Below the pieces are notes generated by a model, which saw nothing but the letters and a program-made list of their open reading frames with translations, was not told the origin of the DNA and did no database searches. Shown one piece after another: positions 27,491-39,050 of a stretch of 64,000 bases of DNA. The stretch is from Dipteris shenzhenensis (taxonomy: Eukaryota): assembly GCA_047967505.1 (NCBI GenBank), contig CM106538.1. The stretch is one strand, 5' to 3'. The position numbers and the translations under genes are program-made. The number at the start of each line of letters is the position of its first letter. The stretch's first letter is position 1.

Positions 27491-29397
27491 CTAATGACGT
27501 GGCAATTGGAGATAAGGTGATGACATGGTACCCGATGGTGATGTGGTGTGATTAGATGAGGTTGCCACGTGTCAACTACGTGAGGTGGTAGATAGACCTT
27601 AGGTGGCCCTCACCCTTGGAGCCTTACTGTGGTTAGGTAGGTACCCACTGCACAACCTCGGGTCATCGTAACCTTACCATGGGTAAATCCTATCCTCCAC
27701 GTGGCCTCTTTGTTGAGACCTTAGGAAGAATGTTGCAGAGATGGCGACGTCCTGAATCGGTGAGCCAGACGCTATCGCCTTCTTACTCCATCCACACTGA
27801 TCTTTGCCACTGAGAGCTGGCTTCGCCTTCCGAACTAGCTGCTCCGACTACTACAGTCGAGCCGGCTCTCACGCGCAGGCGTGCGCAGGCGTTCCTTGTC
27901 GGTTAGAAGCACGGCAGCGCCATCGTTCGACAAATACATCAACCATCAAGCGCTCAAAATCGAAGTAGGGAAGGACAATATGTTGGGAGGACTGAGTCCC
28001 CTCAGATCAGAAGCGACTCGTTGCAGCACCAAAGCCGGTCATTGGAGGATCCTTCGGAGATCGTCCGTTGGCTGGCTGTAGAAGGAGCCGTAGGCTAATG
28101 GCAGCCATTCGGTGGGCAATGGCTAATGGCAGCCATTCAGTGGGCTCTGCGCTATGAGAGCTAATGGCAGCCATTTGGTGGGCTGCGCTGGCCTTCGACT
28201 GGTTGCCCATTCATTTGGGTGGCTATGGAGACTTTGTAGAGGTGAGTCGATGAGCTAGGAGCGGCGCGTTAGGCAAAGGCAGCAGGAGGTCGGCAAAGGC
28301 TTTGGAGCCTTTGACTGTTGAGTCGCGCTGGATGCAGAAGCTCGTTGAGGAGGCTGAAGCTCCTAAGGATCGTTGATGGGCTTGCTTGAGCAGAGACCGT
28401 GAAGGAGCGTTTGTTGTAGACGCTGCTGGCTATGGAGAGCCAGGAATCCGAGTAGGTGGGCTGAGCCTTTGGAGCCTTGGCTAACTCAAACTCTCTGTCA
28501 TAAGCATATCTCTCTCACGAAGAGCTCTCACAAACTCTAAATAGTCTCTGAAATCTCTCTTTTCTCTCAAATGAACTCTCCCTATATCCGAGCTTTGTAG
28601 TTCGGAGTAGCCGTCAATGGGCGACTTGTGGGAGTTGTTCACACCCAGGAGCTTGATGGAGCATGTTGGAGTTGTGTCCGAGGAGATGGAGCTGTGCTGA
28701 GTTTTGGAGTCTGCATCAACACCTCGTAGGTAGGTGCACTTTGGCAGCAGCGTTTGGCTGTGGAGCGTGACTCAGGAGCTCGCAGGGTTGATGCGCCTCA
28801 GGTATAGTCGTTGAGGGAGTCTAAGAACTCTTTCTCACAGATATCTCAAAACCTCTCTCTCTTTCACACAATCTCTCAGAGTGAATCTCTCTCAACCAAA
28901 CCTCTCACAATAAGAATGTCTCACAAAATGAATTGAAATCCTCACAAGGAAATCTCAAGAAATGAATGGAAATCTCTTAAGCAATGATGGAAATTTTCTC
29001 TCAATGGACGGAAATTCTCTCTACGGAAGTGAAGGGAAAAATCTCACAATCACTCAAGAGAACTCTCAATCTCACAATCTCTCTCACACTCTCAAGAAGA
29101 ATGGCACCTCAGCGGAAGGCAGAACCAAGCTCTGATACCATGACAAAATATGAAGAGGGGAGAGGAGAAGAGTGGAGATGAGGAGAGAGGGCACATCTAG
29201 AGAGCACACCACAAATGACTAACTATACACTAGATTTAGTTGAAAAAATAGAATATATACAAACCCTTTTAGGGTTAGGGTTAGGGGATCTAACCCTTTC
29301 CTTTATAGCACTCTATAAGGTTAGTGCTATGCACATATGATCACGTGATGGTGCTATGCACACATGATCACATGATGTTGAGCGTGAACTCTCAACA

Positions 29398-31370
29398 AGG
29401 CTTCACAGTGCAAGTTTTTAGGGCCTCATAAGAGATTGGCACCATTGCCATTCTCCACTTGTACAGATAATTACCCTAATATTCTAGGAGGGGTATTCCA
29501 AGGATCATAGGGGTATTCCACATGTGAGATTGGCACCACTGCCATTCTCCACTGGTGGCATTCTCCACAGAGATTGACACAATTCCATATGATCTCTACA
29601 CAGCGGAGACTATGATCACTACATGGAAGAATGCACATGTGAGTTTAGGCTTCTCAATGCCATTTTCTAGGGCCTAATAAGAGATTGGCACCACTGCCAT
29701 TCTCCACTTGTACAAATGTTTACCGTACTATTCTAGGAGGGGTATTCCAGTGATCATAGGAGAGTGGTGTTCGATTCCATTCCACATGTGAGTTTGATGA
29801 TCTCAGTGTCATTATGTAGTTGCCAGCATGAGATTGGCATCACTGCCATTCTCCACTAGTGGTAATCTAGAAAAACTAAACCTGTAGATTGACATTCCAC
29901 TAATTTTATTGGCTGCAGTAGGATAATGGCAAAAGTTTCAATGCACATGTGAGTTTGATGATCTCAGTGTCATTATGTAGTTGTCAGCATGAGATTGGCA
30001 TCACTGCCATTCTCCACTAGTCGTAGTGCTAATGCACATGTGAGTTTAGGATTCCTCGTGCATGTTTTTAGGTCATGGTATGAGATTGGCAACACTGCCA
30101 TTCTCCATTGATATTGACACAATTCCATATGATACCTACACAGCGGAGACGGTGATCACTACATAGAAGAATGCACATGTGAGTTTAGGCTTCTCCACTA
30201 GTGGTAATCTAGACAAACTAAACCTATAGATTGACATTTCACTAATTTTATTGGCTGCACATGTGAGTTTAGGCTTCACAGTGCCATTTTCTAGGGCCTA
30301 ATAAGAGATTGGCACCATTGCCATTTTCCGCTTGTACAAATGTTTACCCTAATATTCTAGGAGGGGTATTCCAAGGATCATAGGAGAATGGTGCCCGATT
30401 CCAATCCACATGTGAGTTTGAGGATCTCAGTGTCATTCTGTAGTTGCCTGCATGAGATTGGCATCACTTCAATTCTCCACTAGTGGCCGTCTAGATAAAC
30501 TAAACTTGTAGACTGACATTCCACACATTTTATTGGCTGCAATAGTATAATGGCAAAAGTGCCAATGCACATGTGAGTTTAGGATTCCTTGTGCCATTTT
30601 TAAGGTCTTGGTATGAGATAAGTACCACTGCCATTCTCCACTGGTGGCATTCTCCACAAAGATTGACACAAATCCATTCTCAAGTGGTGCCAATCTCTTA
30701 TTAGGCCCTAGAAAATGGCATTGAGAAGCATGCACATGTGAGTTTAGGCTTCTCAATGCCATTTTCTAGGGCCTAATAATAGATTGGCACCTTGCCATTC
30801 TCCACTTATACAAATGTTTACCCTACTATTCTAGGTGGGGTATTCTAGTGATCATAGGAGAATGGTGTACGATTCCAATCCACATGTGAGTTTGTTGATC
30901 GTAGTGTCATTATGTAGGTGCCTGCATGAGATTGGCATTACTGCCATTCTCCACTAGTGGTAATCTAGACAAACTAGACCTATAGATTGACATTCCACTA
31001 ATTTTATTGGCTGCAGTAGGATAATGGCAAAAGTGCCAATGCACATGTGAGTTTAGGATTCCTTGTGCATGTTTTAGAGAATGGCACCACTGCCATTCTC
31101 CACCTGTGGAACATAAAAGAATGGAATGTGAGTTTAGGCTTCTCAGTGCCATTTTCTAGGGCCCAATAAGAGATTGGCACCACTACCATTCTCCCTTGGT
31201 ATAGTTGTTTACCCTAATATTATAGGAGGGGTATTCCAGTGATCATAGGAGAATGGTGCCAGGTTCCAATACACATGTGAGTTTGGGGATCTAAGTTCCA
31301 TTATGTAGATCCCAGTGGAAATCTGCACAAACTCAACATGTAGATTGGCATTCCATTGATTTTATTGGTA
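29398..31370. repeat. Satellite, higher-order unit copy 2; right edge of the array
   Basis: Colinear with 19476-21435, including the same inverted segment; decays after ~31370. Confidence 0.92.
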
Positions 31371-31769
31371 GTGTATCATTGATATTTTTTATTTTGGTAC
31401 CAAATTTTGCACATAAATCTTGACTAGTGTTGCAAGTCTTTCAATTTATCTCAAGGGATATTGGCACTAGTGCCACTCTCAAGGACTTCTTATGAAATCT
31501 TGGAGAATGGCACTAGTGCCATTCTCCATTTAAAATTAGAATTTCAATCTCTAAATTTGCCATTCAATTATGAAAATCAAAATTGAGATTGAAGTTTAAC
31601 TTGAAATCAAAATTTGAAATCCACATTTGGTAGGATTTGGAAATCAGACTTAAAAAATGTAGCCCTTGTTTGCTAAGATGAGTGAATTCTCTAAATGTAG
31701 CTTGTGCAGCCTCAATTGGCAGCCACAAAAAGTCAAGATGAGCACAATTCACTGATGGAAGAGAGAAAG

Positions 31770-34700
31770 ATGCATATTGTATGAGAGCCTAAAATCCTTG
31801 GAGGACAGTCCTACAATGACCACATACATTAGGGACTTTCTCAGGTTGGTAAGTACGTTACCATCATTGTACATCAAAGCCCACTCAACATTATCCCGAA
31901 TAGTACAGTCATTCAAAGGGCCTTCTTACCCCAACACAAGGTGCCAAATACCTTACACGGCCTTTCGATGCTAAATTTCTCAAAGTACAACCTCTCCTCG
32001 CCAAGGACACAATGTTCCATAGGGATGGGATATTACTTCACACCGTCCTTAACCATCGCCTCAAGGAAGCAGCACAAGTCCTATCCACTATCCTGGGGGG
32101 GGTTAAGTGCGGTAATAATTGATCCCTTACACCCTGCACATTTGTTTTGCTGAGTAGGAAACTAAAGCAAGATTGGATCTAGCACTTAGTCATCTTCTTC
32201 ACAAAAAACTAGATGGTTCATCAGGCCAAAAATGTAAAATTCCACACTAATTGGCTATAATCATAAAAAAAGAGCTATAGGGATGAGAAATGGCTCTGCC
32301 CCAATCACCAAAACCTTTTGAGGAGTTGGACATTCCCTTCTCACCAGTATGGGAGCCGTCACCAACTTCTCCTATTATCACATTGGCAAATGCAGATACC
32401 TCACAAGAAATGCCTATTCTAGAGGTCAGAATTGAGGAATTGCCCCACAAGATGCTATAACTTGGTGCACAACTGCAACCAATATATCTCTAATAACAGT
32501 AGCAACTAGATCCTGAGGCAGGATCGGCACCAAAGCCTGAGGCAAGATCGGCACCAGAGCCTGAAACCAGAGCCTGAGGCTACATCAGCACCAACATTGT
32601 GCCATGCTAGTCCATGAGCCACAAGGGGAGCTAGTGATAGAACAACAGTATGACTATTGTACCCAAGTGACTGAAATACCATTGAAATGACCCCCCACAA
32701 CTACTACAGAATCATTAGTATGGCTATATGGGCATTAATTGTATTAGCAATATCGTGAGCATCATCACCGTCTGTCATTCTCCATCATCAAGCTAGCCAA
32801 ATGATCCAAATGTACAAACTATTCACTAGCTTGGCCAATGAATAATATGCAAGAGAATTGGACAGATAGACTGCAATAGAAATCAAAAACCAATTCCAGC
32901 CAATTGCCATAGAGGTTAAGGCACTTTGAGTGCAAATAGATAAGAAGGAGGTTGAAGAACTGCGCATGAACCAAGCTTTCCAAGCTCAAGAGAAGGCAAT
33001 GAGGGATGTGACCTCTAGCCTCCACCAAAGCCAAACATAGCTGACAGTAGCAGTACAAGCAACGGCAATCCTATAGACCTACTATAACTAGTTGACCTCC
33101 GCACATGCTCAGCAGATGGAGGCATTGGCACAAACTCGACTCATTCTAATTCACAAAGAAGAAGAGCTCCAAAATTACCAAGACCAGCTTGAAGACATGC
33201 AACACAGTCTTTGGCAATACGCATGTTCAGCATTGAAGAGCTTAGAAGGGAATCAAGCACAAGTCTTGGACCAATGTTCCAATAACACTAAAGACATTCC
33301 TCAACAGGCGAAGGTAACCTTGTAGATGAGAAAGCTTAAGGAGGCATATACATCCATCTACCATAAATACAAAGAAAAAATGGATGAGATGCAATCCCAA
33401 AAGATAATCATCTCTAAGCTTAAACTCCAATTGCTAGTGCACAACAATGAGGCAATGGAAAACAACACCAATGAAGCCCCACTACAATGCACAATAGTGG
33501 TGTACAAGAGCATGTGGTTGCTCTACAAGTGAAAGATCACCTCAATGCACAAGTGCTTATCCAATGGAAGAAACTCCAAATCAGGATCATATCTGCCGAT
33601 CCAACAATCAAATGGGAACGTTCCATAGGGATCAAAACTCTGCACATAATTTGCCAAGACTTGTCCGAAGATGAGAAAAATATATTCTGGCTATCTACAC
33701 ATGCCGGGTTTATAGCACTCGAGACAGATGCTTGCATCGCATATGTATGCCTCATGGGTAGTCCTTCCCTTAGTGTTATTGCTATTTTATTGCCATTGCT
33801 ACAAAGTCCATCACTATTATTTGCAAGGCATGACATAATCGACATCCCATCCTTGCAGTCGATGATCCCATCACACCAGCAAAAAGAAGCCTCGGAAGAT
33901 GATAGGGCCTATCTCACATCCAACTTTCCATATCTAACCACTCTCTTTGCCAACCTCATAGTCTTACTTCCCCTTGCTGCTACCACCCTCTTCCCTAAGC
34001 TCCATCCTAACATCTATTCCCTTCATCGTCTCTTTGCTCATGCCTCTTACCATTTTCAACTAACACAACGGTTCACAAACTTATGAGCCTCACACCTAGC
34101 TTCTTCCCTTCCCTTGCTAATCCTACCCTCGAGGATTACCAAGCTGCTCAAACCATTTGCCCAATTCTTCCCCCCTCCCCTCTACTCCCCCTTCCACAAC
34201 TAATACTCTTCCATATTTCTTCCCCATGTCCCCAAATTCTCTCCCTGCTCCATCATCACCTTTGACACTACTTGTGCTGCCATCAATAAAAAAAGACACA
34301 GTATTTGATTTTGAATATCAAGATCCAGATAATCCAATTCATACTCCCATGCCAAGTTCCAATGATGGTATGATTTTGATGAGATACCACTTCCCAATAA
34401 CCCCATCAAGGAATTTTAGAGAAAATATCTTGATATGAAAACTCGAGGTGGATGGACCCTAGACAACTTCCCTACCAACCTTGGTCGGCGTCAAATTAGT
34501 GAAGATTGGATAAGTAAGTTGGATTCACAGAGCAAACATCCACACAACCCATTATGTCCTTCATACATTGATGTTTGGTGCTCTAGTAGTCGTGGCAGTC
34601 TCTTCAAAACCTACAGAGATCCTGTACATTATGTCGTGTGTTCCTTAGTCGCCCCTACTCCACTACTACCCTTCAACTTGGATCTCACCCAAGCCCATGC

Positions 34701-34800
34701 ACTTGGACGTTGTACTTCACCTAGTCGCTATCATGTGCAATCTTCTCTTTTACATGAGCTAGCACAGAATCAATGTCCCCGATCACCCAAACATGGGGAA
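31770..34800 (+). pseudogene. Decayed long ORF of unknown function, probably TE-associated, with P/E-rich repeats and a coiled-coil-like segment
   Basis: Chain of + strand ORF fragments in shifting frames (31777, 31941, 33092, 33326, 33487, 34157, 34435). GCCTGAGGC-type repeats near 32510-32585 and a Q/E/K-rich heptad-like stretch at 33092-33470. No recognisable family motif. Confidence 0.4.
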
Positions 34801-34867
34801 CTGGGTTGGGGTTTTGGGAGGACAACCATGGGTGAGGGCGTGGTTGTTCCATTTAGAATCTTTTTGA

Positions 34868-37040
34868 CAAAAAAAAGAACCAAATATGGCTAAGGAGCAA
34901 AAGAAAAAAGAACCAAATATGGCTAAGGAGAAAAAGAGAGAAAAGAGAGGGGAAAAGAAGAAAAGAGTGGAAAAAAGAGAGGGGAAAAGAAGAAAAGAGA
35001 GAAAAAAAGAGAGGAGAAAAGAGAGAAAGAATATCCTTATGCTTATGCATGAGCATATGAGCATATGCTCATGCATAAGCATAAGCATCTACTTTAGGAT
35101 ATGCTTATGAAAAGAGGGAAAAGAGCATGAAAGAGAGGGGAAAAGAGAGGGAAAAAGAAGAGAAGGAAGAGGGGAAAAGAGAGGGCCAAAAGAGAGGGGA
35201 TAGAGAACAAAAGAGAGGAAAAAAGAGAGGGGAAAAGAAGAAAAGAGAGAAGAAAAGAGAGGGGAAAAAGAGAGAAAGCATATGCAAATGAGAGGAAAAA
35301 AGTGAGGGGGAAAAGAGCTTATGAAAATAGAGAAAAGAGGAGAGCGAAAAGAGAGAGAAAAGGAGGGGGAAAAAGAAGGAAAAGAGAGAGGGGAAAAGAA
35401 GAAAAAAGAGGAAAAAAGCGAGGGGAAAAGAAGAGAAGGAGAGAAAGCATATGCTTATGCTTATGCATGAGCATATGAGCATATGCTCATGCATCTACTT
35501 TAGCATATGAGCATGCATATGCTTATGAAAAGGAAGAGGAAGGAAGAGGAAAAAAGAGAGGACTTTGAGAAAAGAGGATGAAAGAGAGGGAAAAAGAGGG
35601 GAAAAGAGAAGGAAAAGAGAGAGGGGAAAAGAGACGGGACAAAGAAGAAAAGAGAGGGAAAAGGAGAGGGAAAAAAAATAAAAGAGAGGGGAAAAAGAGA
35701 GAAAGCACATGCAAATGAGAGGAAAAAAGTGAGGGGAAAAAGAGCTTATGAAAATAGAGAAAAGAGGATGAAAGAGAGGGAAAAGAGAGGGTTGAAGAGA
35801 AGGAAAAGAGAGAGGGGAAAAGAAGAAAAGAGAGGAAAAAAGAGAGGGGAAAAGAGAAGAAAAAGAGAGAGGGGAAAAGAAGAAAATATAGGAAAAAAGA
35901 GAGGGGAAAAGAAGAGAAGGAGAGAAAGCATATGCTTATGCTTATGCATGAGCATATGAGCATATGCTCATGCACGGGCATATGAGCATATGCTCATGCA
36001 TCTACTTTAGCAAATGAGCATATGCATATGCTTATGAAAAGGAAAAGGAAGGAAGAGGAAAAAAGAGAAGACTTAGAGAAAAGAGGGTGAAAGAGAGGGG
36101 AAAGAGAGGGAAAAAGAGGAAAAGAGAAGGGAAAGAGAGAGGGGAAAAGAAGAAAAGAGAGGAAAAAAGAGAGGGGAAAAGAACAGGAGAGAAAGCATAT
36201 GCTTATGCTTATGCATGAGCATATGAGCATATGCTCATGCATCTACTTTAGCATATGAGCATGCATATGCTTATGAAAAGAAAGAGGAAGAGGAAAAAAG
36301 AGAGGACTTAGAGAAAAGAGGATGAGAGGGGAAAAAGAGAGGGAAAAAGAGGGGAAAAGAGAAGGAAAAGAGAGAGGGGAAAAGAAGAAAAGAGAGGAAA
36401 ATAGAGAGGGAAAAAGAAGAGGCATGAGCATATTATGAGCATATGCTCATGCATGAGCATAAGCATATGAGCATATGCTCATGCCTCTACTTTAGCATAT
36501 GAGCATAAGCATATGCAAATGCATATGCTTACGAAAATAGAGAAAGAGGATGAAAGAAAGGGGAAAAGAGAGGGAAAAGGAAGAGCGGACGCGATTGAAA
36601 GAAAGGAAGAGATAAACAAAAAGAGAGGGGAAGAAGAGAAGGAAGAGGATGAAAGAGAGAAAGAGAGAGGAAAAAAGAGAGGGGAAAAGAAGAAAAGAGG
36701 AGTTCAGAGGATGAAAGAGTAGAAGGAAAAGAGAGAAACAATATGCTTATGCTTATGCTTATGCATGAGCATATGAGCATAAGCTCATGCATAAGCATAA
36801 GCATAAGCTTATGACCATATGCTTTTGAGCTCATGTATAAGCATAAGCATATGAGCATATGCTCATGCATAAGCATAATCATATGCTTATGAGCTCATGC
36901 ATAAGCATATGCGAAATAGCGGAAAAGAGAGGGGAGGAAGAAGAGGAAATAATAGAGGGAGGGAAAGAGGGGGGAAAGAGGGAGGAAAAGAGGGGCAGAG
37001 GGAAAGAAGAGGGAATAAGAGAAGAGAGGGGAAGAGAGGG
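34868..37040. repeat. Polypurine (GA-rich) tracts alternating with palindromic GCATGAGCATATGCTCATGC blocks
   Basis: A/G-only runs of 100-300 bp separated by ATGC-rich blocks at ~35035, 35447, 35928, 36195, 36421 and 36742. Larger internal duplications are present. Confidence 0.93.
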
Positions 37041-39050
37041 TTCCTATGCCCATCACTACAACTAGCGCTTAAGGCACTAGCTATAGTCCAATGCAAATCA
37101 TGAAATAAAAATAGGAAAAGACAAGGATCCCGCTCGGTGTTTCATGGACTCACCCTACAAAAGAGAACAAACGTACCGTTTTTTAGATAACTAGTTAGAG
37201 AAAGGAGGAGTTGGAGAAGCAACTTTCCAAAGAGATTGGATTGAGGGGACAAGCATAAACCTACAAACAAGGAGAAAGAACAAAAGGAAGTAAAGAGGAG
37301 GAAGAGAAATACCAAAAAGAGAAGAGATGAGTCTTCTTTCTTTCACCAAATCTCATTTTTTGTTCTTAACCTCTGAAAATCAAGCATGAAAATTAGCACA
37401 TAGGCTTAGCAATGCAAGGAGAAACATGTTTCAACACTCACAAAATGAAATCTCACAAAAAATGAGCCTACATTGCTTAAAGAGACACACCTTCTTGAAA
37501 AACTTCCTTTCACATGAGCAGAGAGGGAGAAGGGTGGAGAGGGAGCACAAGTGTTGGGAGAGGGACTAGGTAGGAGTGAGGAGTGTGGGGAAGTGGTTGG
37601 AGGAAAGCGAGGTCCCCGAATATAAGGTTGGAGGAAAGATTTTTACTTTTCCCGCAATAGATTTGTGAAAGATGGCATCATGCAGGGTTTCAGGTTTTAG
37701 CCCCCAGCGTCGCTATATAGCGACACTGGACAATTGCTATATAGTGACACTTATATCCTAAAAGCATCACTATATAGCAACAGAATAGAACATAACATCA
37801 CCATATAGCAACGGTTTAGGGCACTTAATCCAAGGAAAGAGGGAAGGAGCTCATGGGTGGCTATTTTTTGGATCTTAATGGATTTCCTTGCATTTTGTGT
37901 TGTGATTTTGGAGGTGTGCAGATGGAAGGGACGAGTGGAAGCTGATGCGCCAACGCCCGAAAATGCAGAGTGGCTTATGGAGAGGTTGTATTGTCATTGC
38001 ACTCATTGTTGCAAGCGAGAAGTATGACATCAATGCCGTGTTGTCATGTGCCACTTGCAGATGTATGGGGAGGAGCCACGCCACCAGTACCCACCGTTGG
38101 TGGTGCATGTGGTGATCATCAGTAAGTTAATGCTATTTTAGTTCATGTGATTAACATTGCATGTCTACATGACACGAAACCTTGAGACAAGATCTTATAT
38201 TCACAGGAAACCTTGAGACAAGATGAGGAGGGTGGCAAGGGTGCACATATACCTTCACACTTTGAGCAGGATTATAGTCTCCCGGATGTGCTAGATGATG
38301 GCAAGGGTATGGTGGACATGATGGATTCTATTTTTAGGGGCACTACATCACATGTACACGTGATGTCCGAGTCTAAGGTCAATATGTGAGAGTTTCAATC
38401 AACACAGTTGTACGAGGATGCTAGGATGTCAAAACTACGGGCTTGTCTCTCAATCTTGAATCTACAAAAGCAAAGTATGGGTGGTCGGACACGTGTCTCA
38501 GCCTTAATGAGGTTAGCTCCTGCATAAATTTGTCTCATTATTTGGATATTGTTTGTTTTGAGAATCATCATACTTTCTTATTATTCAAAGCCTATGTTTG
38601 TTTGAATTGTAATAGGTTGCTCCAGAAAATGTTGCTTGCACCAAATACCATGCCCGCATCAAGAGATGAAGCGAAGAAGATGCTAACAAGAGTGGGTATG
38701 TATTATGATACGATCCATGCTTGCCATAATGTTTGTATTCTCTTTCATCTCGTGAAAGCATGGAGATTTAGCTAGCCGTACGAAGTGTGGGGAACAACAA
38801 TATAGAGATGACTTGTAGGGTGAACAGATCTCGATAAAGGTCTTGAGACGCTTTCCCATCATTGCTACAATACAGCACATGTTTCGATGCAAATCCATAG
38901 CGAGGTTAATGACTTGGCATGCTACACATCTGATGACACATTGAGGATTCCTAGAAATTGTGAAGCTTGGAAGCACATAGAAAATTAGTGGCCAAACTTT
39001 GCGATGGAGCCATGCAACTTACATCTTGGGCTCGCCATGGATGGCGTGAA

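Larger units (their letters stand above)
21684..29397 (-). mobile_element. Ty1/Copia LTR retrotransposon, full length and young (Copia-2)
   Basis: 257-bp LTRs at 21684-21940 and 29141-29397 with ~4 mismatches. TSD AGGCT at 21679-83 and 29398-402. PBS (GCTCTGATACCA on +) at 29129-29140, PPT at 21941-21952. Confidence 0.97.

Noticed and set aside
34783-37103. K/R/E-rich and F/S/L-rich ORFs
   Set aside because: Artefacts of stop-free polypurine low-complexity sequence.
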